From Syntrophorhabdaceae bacterium (lineage in GTDB: Bacteria; Desulfobacterota; Syntrophorhabdia; Syntrophorhabdales; Syntrophorhabdaceae), in contig CAXXUO010000001.1 in the NCBI GenBank assembly GCA_963666485.2, positions 576,001 through 640,000 of the forward strand: a stretch of DNA of 64,000 nucleotides, written 5' to 3'. The notes beneath the pieces were generated by a model that searched no databases, was not told the DNA's origin, and saw nothing but the letters and a program-made list of their open reading frames with translations. Of the stretch, positions 1 through 9,410 are shown piece by piece (position 1 is the first letter of the stretch; each line of letters begins with the position of its first letter). The position numbers and the translations under genes were made by a program.

Positions 1-1
1 T

Positions 2-466
2 CTAGCCGACCCAGTCGTACCTGCTTGCGAAGAATTGATAGACAAAGGCGAAGGCGAGGCCGAAGAGGGCGTTGTTTGCGAGGCCGGCGGGGATGGCCCA
101 CAGGCCGGCAATGTTCGTCATGAAGACGCCGGGGGCTTCTATCGTCCCCGACCGGATGCCCTTATGCACGGCCGGCAGAGCCCCGATAACAAGGCCGATC
201 ACGCACCACTGCGCGACACCGAAGACAAAACCGTAGAGGTAGCCTATCCAGCCGATGCCGGCTGACCAGAGGGCAGCGTATACGAGCCCGAGAATAACGC
301 CGAAAAGGTAGAGAAGGACAAATCCGGCGGTTGTGTTTTCCTTCTTTGTGAACAGTGTGCTGAAATACCGCTCGAGGCCCATGAGGTTCATGGTCGATAA
401 TCTCGTCGTGACCCAGACGACCAGCGTTGCGGCAATGCCCGCTATCACGGCTCCCGGCACATTCAT
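2..466 (-). CDS. Small multi-pass membrane protein (about 4 TM), function unknown
   Basis: ORF 2..652 trimmed to ATG at 466 (MNVPGAVIAG), with AGGAGG upstream; hydrophobic segments throughout. Confidence 0.7.
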   Translation of the reverse strand: MNVPGAVIAGIAATLVVWVTTRLSTMNLMGLERYFSTLFTKKENTTAGFVLLYLFGVILGLVYAALWSAGIGWIGYLYGFVFGVAQWCVIGLVIGALPAVHKGIRSGTIEAPGVFMTNIAGLWAIPAGLANNALFGLAFAFVYQFFASRYDWVG

Positions 467-593
467 TCCTGGAAACTTCCTCCTTACCACAAGGTAATAC
501 CGGGCGCCGTCATTGCAAGGCTTTACAACCGCAGGTCCTTGCCAAACGGGTAATGCGGCCATACCGTAGATAAAGGGTATGACAGGTGAAATA

Positions 594-1256
594 ATGGAGT
601 TTTTCCTCCCTCTTTTCGTCGGGCTCGCCGGAAGCCTGCATTGCCTCGGCATGTGCGGCCCCCTGGTCCTTGCTTATTCGCTGAACATGAACCCGCCGGG
701 CACACACAACCGCCGCATCGTCCCGTCCGGGGCCCTTCACCACCTGGCCTTTCACCTCGGCCGCGTCACGACGTACGCACTCCTTGGCGGCGCCGCGGCC
801 CTCGTGGTCGGGATGGCCGGTCTTACACCACATTTGAAGAACATAAGGGGTATCTTTACATTTGCTGCGGGGCTCGTGATGATGGTCCTCGGGCTAAGCA
901 TCATGGGTGTCTCCCTGTTCCACGTTCCCGGCACGGCCGGCAGCACCCGCGCGGCCGGCCTCATCAACGCGCGCTCCCTCGGCTCGAAATACCTTCTCGG
1001 TTTCTCGGTGGGGTTCCTTCCCTGCATGCTGCCCTGGGCAATGGTCATGAAGGCAAGTTCGTCTGCAAATGTCATTGAAGGCTTTCTCACGATGGTCCTC
1101 TTCGGGCTCGGCACGGTCCCGGTCCTCTTCTTTACCGGTTTTTTTGCCTCGCTTCTCTCCTACCGGTTAAGGATCCTCGGCGAGCGTCTCGCCGGCCTTT
1201 CGGTCATTGTCATGGGCGCCCTGCTCGTCTTCAAGGGGCTGAAATATTTCCTGTAG
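594..1256 (+). CDS. DsbD_2/TauE-SafE-like membrane protein, the type usually found in cbb3 oxidase assembly clusters
   Basis: Motifs GSLHCLGMCGPL and GFLPC, about 6 TM, GLGTVP; directly upstream of the act/cco operon. Confidence 0.8.
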   Translation: MEFFLPLFVGLAGSLHCLGMCGPLVLAYSLNMNPPGTHNRRIVPSGALHHLAFHLGRVTTYALLGGAAALVVGMAGLTPHLKNIRGIFTFAAGLVMMVLGLSIMGVSLFHVPGTAGSTRAAGLINARSLGSKYLLGFSVGFLPCMLPWAMVMKASSSANVIEGFLTMVLFGLGTVPVLFFTGFFASLLSYRLRILGERLAGLSVIVMGALLVFKGLKYFL

Positions 1257-1426
1257 GACGTCCCGGGAGATGGCGTCTTAAGCCTTATGCCGCAAGCATC
1301 CCCGCCATGCGGCGCTTGAAAAGGATTACCCGGATACATACGGTTCTAAAGGGCCAGGACCGGCCTTCAAGGGCGTCCTCTGTCGGGGCTTGAGGACGCT
1401 GCCATACGATACAGGAAGGAGTGCAC

Positions 1427-4342
1427 GTGGCGAAGTTTTCGCGCCGGCAATTTCTGAAGACCCTGGGACTGGCGGGCACCGCTGCCCTGGCAGGCTGTTC
1501 GGAGCCGGCCCGCCATCTCGTGCCGTATGTCATCCCTCCTGAAGATATCGTGCCGGGAGAGGCCACGTGGTATGCCACCACGTGCAGGGAATGCCCCGCC
1601 GGCTGCGGGATGCTGGCGAAGAACCGGGACGGCCACGTTATAAAGGTCGAGGGCAACCCCCGGCACCCGGTGAACACGGGCAGGCTCTGTGCGCGGGGCC
1701 AGGCGTCCGTTCAGGGCCTCTACAATCCCGACAGGTTCAGACAACCCATGCTCAAGGATGCAACCGGAAGGCTGCAGCCCGTTTCATGGGACCAGGCCAT
1801 GAAGAGAGCCATAGATGCGATAGGGAAAGCGGGCCAAAAACGGGTGGTCTTCATGTCGCACCTCATGACCGGATCCGAAGCCGGCCTCGCACGGAGATGG
1901 GCCGATGCCGTCAACGGGCAGTACGTCGTGTATGAACCGTACGCGTACGAGGCGCTGCGAAAGGCCAACCGGATCGTCTTCGGGGCGGACCGGATACCCG
2001 ATTACCGCATCGACCTCAGCGATCTCCTCATCTCTTTCGGGGCGAATTTCCTTGAGACCTGGGTGTCGAACGTCCGGTTCACCCGCCAGTTCTCCGTCTT
2101 TCATGAACCGAAGCAGGACCGCAAGAACCTTTTCATTTATGTCGGGCCCCGGCTTTCCCTGACCGCGGCCAACGCGGACCACTTCATACCGGTTCCCCCG
2201 GGAGGCGAGAGATACGTGGCCCTCGGGCTTCTGAACCTGCTTGTCAGCCAGGGTTTGTCATCCGGTATGACGGGAATGAAGGTCCCGGCGGATATTTCCG
2301 CTTTCACCCCCGGTGTGGTTGAGGCCAGGGCAGGAGTACAACCGGACACCCTCAAAAAGATCGCACAGCACTTCCTGCGCGCCAGACGTCCCCTTGCGCT
2401 TGCGGAAGGTATGGGCTTTCAGGACATGTCGGCGCTCGAGACGGCGGTTGCAGCAAACCTCCTGTGCACCTTATCACCGGGCAGCCGGGACCTCCTTGAC
2501 TTCGGGAACTTCATGTCACTCGGAGAGATCGCGCCGGCATCGGACATAAAGAGGTTGACCGATGATATGGCAAACGGGCGGATCGGTGCCATGATACTGT
2601 ATCGTGCCAATCCCGTATATTCCCTTCCGGCGGCATGGGGGTTCGAAACTGCCCTGTCCCGGGTTCCCGTCGTCATAAGCCTCTCCAGTTTTCCCGATGA
2701 AACGACGGCACGCGCCTCGCTCGTCATGCCGTCCAGCACCTTTTTGGAATCCTGGGGGGATTACAGCCCCCAGGCAAAAGTGACCGGTCTCCTCCAACCG
2801 GCAATGGGCACTTTTTTCGATACGCGGCAACTCGGGGATATCCTTCTTGCTTTAGGAAAGGCCATGGCCGGGCAGGAAAAATTCCCCGAAAAAGATCTTT
2901 ACGATGTCCTCCGCAATTCCTGGGGAAAGACCGGTGGCGGTGTCTCGCCGGAAGCAGCCTGGCAGGAGAGCCTGCGCCAGGGGGGCTCCTTCGGCCTCAA
3001 TGAAAAAAGCCAGCCTGCCCGGGGAAAGGGCGGCAGTTTTTCTTTTTCCCCTCCCGCGACACCGGACGCGGAAAGAAGGGGCACTTTCGATCTCTTCACG
3101 TATCCGACGATCCAATTCTTCGATGGCCGCCTCGCCAACCGGCCTGTCCTGCAGGAGATGCCGGACCCGGTGACACAGGTCACATGGGACGCCTGCGTGG
3201 AGATACATCCCGAAACGGCGAGAAAGATGGGTATCAAAAAAGGGGATGTCCTTGAATTGCATGCGGACAACCGCAGCATCCGCGCACCCGCATTTCCCTG
3301 CGTCGGTATCCCGGAAGGCGCACTTGCCATCCCCATCGGGCAGGGTCACGCCCCTTCCTTCAGCCGGTATGCCCGGACCGGAGATTCGGGAAATCCGACG
3401 TACCTCCCGGCCGGACGGCTCGATGCGGCGGGCGGCATTATCCGGACAGTCCGAGGGGTGACGATTCAAAAGACGGGGCATCACGTGCCCGTTGCACATG
3501 CGGATGGCGACGCCTACCAGCATGGCCGCAGGATCGCCCGGAGCCTCACCTTTGCGCGGTACGCCGCGACGAAAAACTCAAGGCCGCGCATAGACATGCC
3601 CCTGCCCGAAGGATGGGACAAGAGAAAGGATTTCTACCCCGCCCACAAACACGCGGCGTACCGATGGGGCATGGTGATAGACATCGACCGGTGCATCGGC
3701 TGCGAGGCCTGCGTCATCGCATGCTATATGGAGAACAACGTCGGGATCGTGGGCAAGGACAACGTCCTTCTCGGCCGCCAGATGTCGTGGATCCATGTCG
3801 AGCGGTATTATGAGCCCGACCAGCCGTACATACGCTTCATCCCGCTGTTGTGCCAGCACTGCGACAGCGCCCCGTGCGAATCGGTATGCCCGATGTTCGC
3901 CCCGAACCATAGCCAGGAGGGCATCAACAACCAGGTCTACAACCGCTGTATCGGGACCCGCGACTGCAACATAAACTGCCCCTGGAAGGTCAGGCGGTTC
4001 AACTGGTTCACGTGGGGCCACGATTACCCCCTCGGGTGGCAGTTGAACCCCGACGTCACCGTACGCCAGAAAGGCGTGATGGAAAAATGTTCCTTCTGCA
4101 TCCAGCGCGTGGTCAAGGCGAAAACAGACGCCACGTCCGAGCACAGGAAAATAAAGGATGGCGAGTTCACGACCGCCTGCGCCCAGACGTGCCCGGCGGA
4201 TGCCATCGTCTTCGGGAACCTGATGGACCCCGAGAGCAGGGTATCGAAGCTTCTGAACCAGGGCCGTGCTTACCAGGCTTTGGGTGAGCTCAATACCAAA
4301 CCGGCCGTGATCTACCTGAAGAAGATCACGCAGGAGTTATGA
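1427..4342 (+). CDS. actB: Alternative Complex III subunit B (molybdopterin-oxidoreductase-like domain fused to a 4-cluster Fe-S domain)
   Basis: Tat motif SRRQFLK plus lipobox LAGC; PYVIPPEDIVPG; C-terminal CIGCEACVIAC, CQHCDSAPCESVCP, CIGTRDCNINCP, GVMEKCSFC..CAQTCP; GTG start after AGGAG. Confidence 0.9.
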   Translation: MAKFSRRQFLKTLGLAGTAALAGCSEPARHLVPYVIPPEDIVPGEATWYATTCRECPAGCGMLAKNRDGHVIKVEGNPRHPVNTGRLCARGQASVQGLYNPDRFRQPMLKDATGRLQPVSWDQAMKRAIDAIGKAGQKRVVFMSHLMTGSEAGLARRWADAVNGQYVVYEPYAYEALRKANRIVFGADRIPDYRIDLSDLLISFGANFLETWVSNVRFTRQFSVFHEPKQDRKNLFIYVGPRLSLTAANADHFIPVPPGGERYVALGLLNLLVSQGLSSGMTGMKVPADISAFTPGVVEARAGVQPDTLKKIAQHFLRARRPLALAEGMGFQDMSALETAVAANLLCTLSPGSRDLLDFGNFMSLGEIAPASDIKRLTDDMANGRIGAMILYRANPVYSLPAAWGFETALSRVPVVISLSSFPDETTARASLVMPSSTFLESWGDYSPQAKVTGLLQPAMGTFFDTRQLGDILLALGKAMAGQEKFPEKDLYDVLRNSWGKTGGGVSPEAAWQESLRQGGSFGLNEKSQPARGKGGSFSFSPPATPDAERRGTFDLFTYPTIQFFDGRLANRPVLQEMPDPVTQVTWDACVEIHPETARKMGIKKGDVLELHADNRSIRAPAFPCVGIPEGALAIPIGQGHAPSFSRYARTGDSGNPTYLPAGRLDAAGGIIRTVRGVTIQKTGHHVPVAHADGDAYQHGRRIARSLTFARYAATKNSRPRIDMPLPEGWDKRKDFYPAHKHAAYRWGMVIDIDRCIGCEACVIACYMENNVGIVGKDNVLLGRQMSWIHVERYYEPDQPYIRFIPLLCQHCDSAPCESVCPMFAPNHSQEGINNQVYNRCIGTRDCNINCPWKVRRFNWFTWGHDYPLGWQLNPDVTVRQKGVMEKCSFCIQRVVKAKTDATSEHRKIKDGEFTTACAQTCPADAIVFGNLMDPESRVSKLLNQGRAYQALGELNTKPAVIYLKKITQEL

Positions 4343-4369
4343 GGAAAGATATGACGGGACCGGTGGTGC

Positions 4370-5722
4370 ATGGCTGAAAGGGAATCGGAGCTGGATATAA
4401 AATTTGAAAACGTGAACGACCAGATCATCGGGACGCTCTGGAAGCCTCCTTTCATCTTCTGGTTCGTTGTCGGGGTCTGCTTTGTCGCGTTCCTCTATGG
4501 TCTCGTCGCATGGGGTTACCTGGTCGCGACCGGCATGGGGTCCACGCGCCTGCGTCCTCCCTCCGTCATGTGGGGCATCTTTCTGTCCAATTTTATCTTC
4601 TTCATCGGTCTTGCACATTCGGGAACCCTTATTTCCGCGATCCTATACCTTTTCCGGGCAAAGTTCCGGACGTCGATCAACCGGATGGCCGAGGCGATGA
4701 CCATGATATGCATCGCCCTTGCGGGCACCTACCCCCTCATCCATCTCGGAAGAAGCTGGCTGATCTACTGGATATTCCCCTACCCCAACCAGCGGCAGCT
4801 ATGGCCGGATTTCTTCTCCCCGCTCATCTTCGATTTCCTGGCCGTATCGACGTATTTTACCGTCAGCCTCATTTTCTTCTATACGGGACTCGTACCAGAT
4901 CTCGCCGCGGTCCGCGACCGGACGCAGGGGCCGTTCCGCAAGGTCTACGGGTACTTCGCTATGGGCTGGACGGGTTCGTCAAAACAATGGCACCATTACG
5001 GCACATCGTATCTTCTTCTTGCGGGCCTCGCGACCGCCCTCGTTATTTCCGTCCATACCGTCGTTTCATGGGATTTTGCGCTTCCCATCCAACCCGGGTG
5101 GCACAGCACGATATTCCCCCCCTACTTTGTGGCCGGGGCCATACATTCGGGTGTCGCAATGGTCCTCACGCTGCTCATTCCGATGCGGCGGCTTTTCAGA
5201 ATAGAAAATATCGTTACGACGAGGACGCTCGAACTGCTCGCCGAAACAACGATACTGATGGCAGGGATCCTCGGCTATTCGTACCTCACCGAGCATTTCA
5301 TGGCGTGGTACAGCAAGAATGTCTTCGAGGAACAGATCTTCAAATTCCGGGTCCTCGGGTATTACGGCTGGATATACTGGATGGTGGTTCTCTGTGCGGT
5401 GATCGCACCGATGTTCTTCTTCGTCAGGAAGTTCCGAACCACACCGATCGCACTTTTCATCATATCGATCATCATTAACATAGGCATGTGGTGGGAAAGG
5501 TTCGTCATCGTCATCCAGTCGCTCTCGCAGAATTACGTGCCTTTCCAGTGGGGTTTTTACTGGCCGGGCTGGATAGAGCTTGCCTGGACGCTCGCGACGT
5601 TCTGTTTTCTTTTCGCGGTCTTCATGCTCTTCGCGAAATACCTGCCTTCCATCCCGATCTCCGAAGTGAAAAAGGAATCGGGGATGCCCAGGGAAAAAGG
5701 GGGGCTCTATCGTGAAGAATGA
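4370..5722 (+). CDS. actC: ACIII subunit C (NrfD/PsrC-family quinol-binding membrane subunit)
   Basis: GLAHSGTLISAIL, RTSINRMAEAMT, HLGR, SPLIFDFLAVSTYFTVS, SVHTVVSWDFA, PGWHSTIFPPYFVAGAI, GMWWERFVIV. Confidence 0.93.
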   Translation: MAERESELDIKFENVNDQIIGTLWKPPFIFWFVVGVCFVAFLYGLVAWGYLVATGMGSTRLRPPSVMWGIFLSNFIFFIGLAHSGTLISAILYLFRAKFRTSINRMAEAMTMICIALAGTYPLIHLGRSWLIYWIFPYPNQRQLWPDFFSPLIFDFLAVSTYFTVSLIFFYTGLVPDLAAVRDRTQGPFRKVYGYFAMGWTGSSKQWHHYGTSYLLLAGLATALVISVHTVVSWDFALPIQPGWHSTIFPPYFVAGAIHSGVAMVLTLLIPMRRLFRIENIVTTRTLELLAETTILMAGILGYSYLTEHFMAWYSKNVFEEQIFKFRVLGYYGWIYWMVVLCAVIAPMFFFVRKFRTTPIALFIISIIINIGMWWERFVIVIQSLSQNYVPFQWGFYWPGWIELAWTLATFCFLFAVFMLFAKYLPSIPISEVKKESGMPREKGGLYREE

Positions 5723-6227
5723 GAATGCCCTGCTCGCAACCTTTCTCCATGTGGACAGATTTCTTGCGTGCCTTAAAATCCTGAAAGAAGAAAAGCGCTG
5801 CCGCGTCATCGAAACCTTTTCGCCGGTGCGCCTCCCCGAGATGCAGGAGATAGTAACCCCGAAGTCAAGCCCGGCACGCTTATTCACCCTCATAGGGGGG
5901 ATTATCGGGGCAACGGGCATCGTCAGCCTTGCGGCATACGCGCATCTGAGCTTCCGCCTTATCGTTTACGGAAAGCCGGTCATTGCATGGGTGCCATGGG
6001 TCATCGTGGCATTCGAGGGCATGGTCCTTATCGCTTCATTGTTCGCCTTTGTCTCGTGGGTGTTTAAGGCGGGGCTGCCGCAGGCATCGATCGAACCCGG
6101 ATACGATGCCGCTCTGTCGGGGCATGCATTCGGCATCCTCGTCGCACCGGCACATATCGACGACCGCCAGCTCGAGGAGTTCCTGAGGAAGAACGGGGCC
6201 GAGGAGGTGCGCCATGTTGCCGCCTGA
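5712..6227 (+). CDS. actD: ACIII subunit D (DUF3341-like)
   Basis: ETFSP motif, two TM helices, VYGKP..W...AFE; overlaps the end of actC. Confidence 0.85.
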   Translation: MKNENALLATFLHVDRFLACLKILKEEKRCRVIETFSPVRLPEMQEIVTPKSSPARLFTLIGGIIGATGIVSLAAYAHLSFRLIVYGKPVIAWVPWVIVAFEGMVLIASLFAFVSWVFKAGLPQASIEPGYDAALSGHAFGILVAPAHIDDRQLEEFLRKNGAEEVRHVAA

Positions 6228-7440
6228 CGACCGGGCCCTGACCCTGCGCACCCCGGTGAGCTGGGTGGTCATATCCCTCACCCTTACACTGATCGGTGCG
6301 GCGGCGTTCTTTTACGGGACGTCAGGCAGTCATGCCTTGAGGACATGGCAGGCCTTTACGGTCAACTATATCTTCTGGACGGGCCTTGCCTTCGGCGGGG
6401 TGCTTTTTTCCGCGGTGCTCAACCTGTCAAAAGCGGTGTGGGGAAGGCCGGTAAAACGCCTGGCCGAATCATTCAGTGCCTATCTCCCCGTTTCTTTCCT
6501 GCTTTTCTGGATCTTCCTCAAGGGCAAAGAATATGTCTTCCCCTGGGTGTTGAACCCTGTTCAGGAAAAACAGCATTTCCTGAACACAACATTCATGTTC
6601 GTGCGTGAAGGCGTGTGCCTTTTCGCGCTCACCGTGCTGAGCCTCGTCTTCGTCTATTTTTCGGTGAAAGGCGACAGGCAATGGTTGAAGGACGGGCGGC
6701 CCCCCGTTCGCACGGAATACCCGTGGGTGGGACACTTCCGTTCCCAGTGGCGCCTGTCCCCGGTCCTGCCGGCGGCGTACGCGTTCATCCTTTCCCTGTT
6801 TGCCGTCGACCTCATCATGAGTTTAAGTCCCGAATGGATAAGCACCCTCTTTCCCGGTTACTATTTCACCGCCGCTTTTTATTCCGCCATCGCGGCCATC
6901 TACCTCTTCGTGCTCCTCGCGAAGGACCGGCTGGGTATTGGCCCGTATCTCCTTCCGCGCCAGTTTCACGACATGGGAAAGCTCATCTTCGGGTTCGCCA
7001 TATTCACCGGCTACCTCTTTTACGCGCAGCTGCTCGTGATCTGGTACGGCAACCTGCCCGATGAAACGACGTTCGTCATACTCAGGACACGGCTCGATCC
7101 CTGGAAGCCATGGGCATGGGCGGTGCTGTTCATGATATTCGGCATCCCTTTCCTCGCGCTTCTGTCGCGTAATATCAAGGTAAAGCGGGTGCCCATGGTC
7201 TTCATAACGATAATGATCCTTGCGGGTATGTGGATGGAACGTTTCCTCCTGGTCGTTCCGTCGCTCTGGCACCACGGCGGGATCCCGTTCGGCCTCATCG
7301 AGGTCCTTGTCTCCGCGGGCTTCGTCGGCCTCGTCTGGCTGTGCATCACCGTGTTCCTTTCCCGTGTGCCCGTCATGCCTGTGTCCGACCCCCTTTTCCA
7401 CAAATTCCTGAACCAAAGCGAAGGGAACATGAGACCATGA
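6214..7440 (+). CDS. actF: ACIII subunit F (second NrfD-like membrane subunit)
   Basis: AVWGRPVKRLAE, DLIMSLSPEWIST, HDMGKLIFGF, YAQLLVIWYGNLPDE. Confidence 0.88.
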   Translation: MLPPDDRALTLRTPVSWVVISLTLTLIGAAAFFYGTSGSHALRTWQAFTVNYIFWTGLAFGGVLFSAVLNLSKAVWGRPVKRLAESFSAYLPVSFLLFWIFLKGKEYVFPWVLNPVQEKQHFLNTTFMFVREGVCLFALTVLSLVFVYFSVKGDRQWLKDGRPPVRTEYPWVGHFRSQWRLSPVLPAAYAFILSLFAVDLIMSLSPEWISTLFPGYYFTAAFYSAIAAIYLFVLLAKDRLGIGPYLLPRQFHDMGKLIFGFAIFTGYLFYAQLLVIWYGNLPDETTFVILRTRLDPWKPWAWAVLFMIFGIPFLALLSRNIKVKRVPMVFITIMILAGMWMERFLLVVPSLWHHGGIPFGLIEVLVSAGFVGLVWLCITVFLSRVPVMPVSDPLFHKFLNQSEGNMRP

Positions 7441-7988
7441 TGAACGAAGAGGGAAACGGCAGGCCGGAAACAAGGCGCCCCATACGGCGCGGTTACATAT
7501 GGCTGGGAATTGCAGGGGCCGTCTTTGCCGTACTGTTCTTCTTCTACAGTTTCTTCCCGGCAAGCAGGGTCGGGCCCGTACAACCGATCCCCTTCAGCCA
7601 CCGCGTCCATGCCGGGGTAAAGCAGATCGACTGCCGCTTCTGTCATTCATTTGTGGAGCGGTCACAGGATGCGGGCATACCCGAGGTAAAGAAGTGCTTT
7701 TTCTGTCATGAATACGTCATCCCCCAACACCCGGAGATCCGCAAGGAAAAGAGTTATTTCGACGCGCAAAAACCCGTGCCCTGGAAGCGGGTCTTCTGGG
7801 TCCCGGATTTCGTTTTCTTCCATCACAGGCCCCATGTGTCGTGGGCAAAGTTCGATTGCTCCAAGTGCCACGGAGATGTGAGGACCATGGACAGGCTGCC
7901 GCGCGTCGAGTTCCAGATGGGCTTTTGCGTGACATGCCACAGGAAGCACAAGGCGCAGATCGATTGCTGGCTCGCCTGTCACAGATGA
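7437..7988 (+). CDS. actA: ACIII subunit A, membrane-anchored pentaheme cytochrome c
   Basis: ATGA overlap with actF; one TM; QPIPFSHRVHAG; CRFCH, CFFCH, CSKCH, CVTCH and terminal CWLACH; W.RVF.VPDFVFF.H. Confidence 0.88.
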   Translation: MMNEEGNGRPETRRPIRRGYIWLGIAGAVFAVLFFFYSFFPASRVGPVQPIPFSHRVHAGVKQIDCRFCHSFVERSQDAGIPEVKKCFFCHEYVIPQHPEIRKEKSYFDAQKPVPWKRVFWVPDFVFFHHRPHVSWAKFDCSKCHGDVRTMDRLPRVEFQMGFCVTCHRKHKAQIDCWLACHR

Positions 7989-8003
7989 GGAGAGGAAAAA
8001 CGC

Positions 8004-9410
8004 ATGGTTGAAGGACCGGGAAATATCGCTGGAACGCTCGAGGCGAAAGATGCTTACAGGCCCATCGCGGGGTTCTTCCTCTCTTCGGCGATCTGGTTCG
8101 CTATCTTTGCCTCCTTCGGCTTTATCCTTGCGTCGTGGATGATAGCACCGGACCTCTTCCTCTACAAGAACATACCGTGGCTCGTTTTCAGCCGGGTCCG
8201 CCCTGTCCACACGAACGGCATGATATTCGGCTTCGTCGGCTCGGCACTGATGGGTGCGATCTATTACTACGTGCCCCACCTCGTCCGCTCACCCCTTCAC
8301 AGCCCTCTTATCGCCCGCATCACCCTGTGGATGTGGAACATCGCGATCGCGGCGGGCAGCACGACATTGCTCTTCGGGCTGACGCAGGGCCGGGAATACG
8401 CCGAGTGGATCTGGCCCATCGACGTCGTCGTCCTCATCGCCTTCGCCGCGACCTTCTATAATGTCCTCATGACCGTGGCCGCCCGGGAAGAGAAAACCCT
8501 GTACGTGTCGGTCTGGTATGTCTTCGCGACGCTTATCTTCATTTTCTGGATATACTTTTTCGGGAACGCGGTCTGGCACCCGGAAACGGGCGCTATCCGG
8601 GGCCTCGCCGACGGGGTCCTCGCCTGGTTCTACGGCCACGGCGTGGTCGGCCTTTTCCTCACCCCGCTTGCGGTGGCCGTTTCCTACTACATCATGCCGA
8701 TCGTCAGCGGAGGCCCGCTTTTCAGCCACACCATTTCGCTCGTCGGTTTCTGGTCGATCCTGATCTTTTACCCGCACATCGGCGGCCACCACCTCCTCCA
8801 GACGCCTATACCGACATGGCTTAAAGTCGTTTCGGTAACAGGCTCGATCGGGATGCTCCTGCCGGTGCTCGCTGTCCTTATCAACCAGTGGCTCACCATG
8901 AAAGGCCGGCTCGCATCGATACACGAAAACATCGGGGGGAAGTGGGTCTTTGCCGGCCTTGTCTGGTACCTGATCGTCTGCCTCCAGGGACCTTTTCAGG
9001 CCCTGCCGATCATCCAGCGCGTCACACACCTGACCAACTGGGTGATAGGCCATTCCCATATCGCGGTGCTGGGATTTTCCGGCTTCATCGGACTTGGTGC
9101 AATCTATTTCCTCATCCCGCGTATAACGGGGAGGCCGGTCTACAGCAGGAAGCTTGCCGACATCCAGTACTGGATGCTCCTCATCGGCCTCGCCGGCTTC
9201 TGGTTCGTCCTGACCGTTGCCGGGCTTATCCAGGGCAACTCGTGGCTGAACGGCGAGACCGTCTACCGGACGCTGCCGGAGCTGCATCCTTATTTCATCT
9301 TCAGGCTGATCTTCGCGATGCTCATCCTCCTTGGCTCCTTCATCGGCCTTTACAACATCGGGATGAGCCTCGCCGCCGGGCATACGCGAACGCGCAGGGA
9401 GGTCTCATGA
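8004..9410 (+). CDS. ccoN: cbb3-type (C-family) heme-copper oxidase subunit I
   Basis: RVRPVHTN, GREYAE, WFYGH, FW.....Y...GGHHL, HLTNWVIGHSH; about 12 TM. Confidence 0.92.
   Translation: MVEGPGNIAGTLEAKDAYRPIAGFFLSSAIWFAIFASFGFILASWMIAPDLFLYKNIPWLVFSRVRPVHTNGMIFGFVGSALMGAIYYYVPHLVRSPLHSPLIARITLWMWNIAIAAGSTTLLFGLTQGREYAEWIWPIDVVVLIAFAATFYNVLMTVAAREEKTLYVSVWYVFATLIFIFWIYFFGNAVWHPETGAIRGLADGVLAWFYGHGVVGLFLTPLAVAVSYYIMPIVSGGPLFSHTISLVGFWSILIFYPHIGGHHLLQTPIPTWLKVVSVTGSIGMLLPVLAVLINQWLTMKGRLASIHENIGGKWVFAGLVWYLIVCLQGPFQALPIIQRVTHLTNWVIGHSHIAVLGFSGFIGLGAIYFLIPRITGRPVYSRKLADIQYWMLLIGLAGFWFVLTVAGLIQGNSWLNGETVYRTLPELHPYFIFRLIFAMLILLGSFIGLYNIGMSLAAGHTRTRREVS

Noticed and set aside
1427..4342. Calling the large oxidoreductase a catalytic molybdoenzyme (Psr/Fdh/Nar type)
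   Set aside because: Fusion to the CIGTRxC-type Fe-S domain and the actC/D/F/A context identify it as ActB; no Mo ligand could be established by eye
4510..9383. Long alternative-frame or antisense ORFs (e.g. 4510..5478 +, 5066..5920 -, 8289..9383 -) and the N-terminal extensions of ORFs 7230.., 8888.. and 10293..
   Set aside because: Shadow ORFs of GC-rich coding sequence overlapping well-supported genes; true starts were assigned from SD sites and ATGA overlaps
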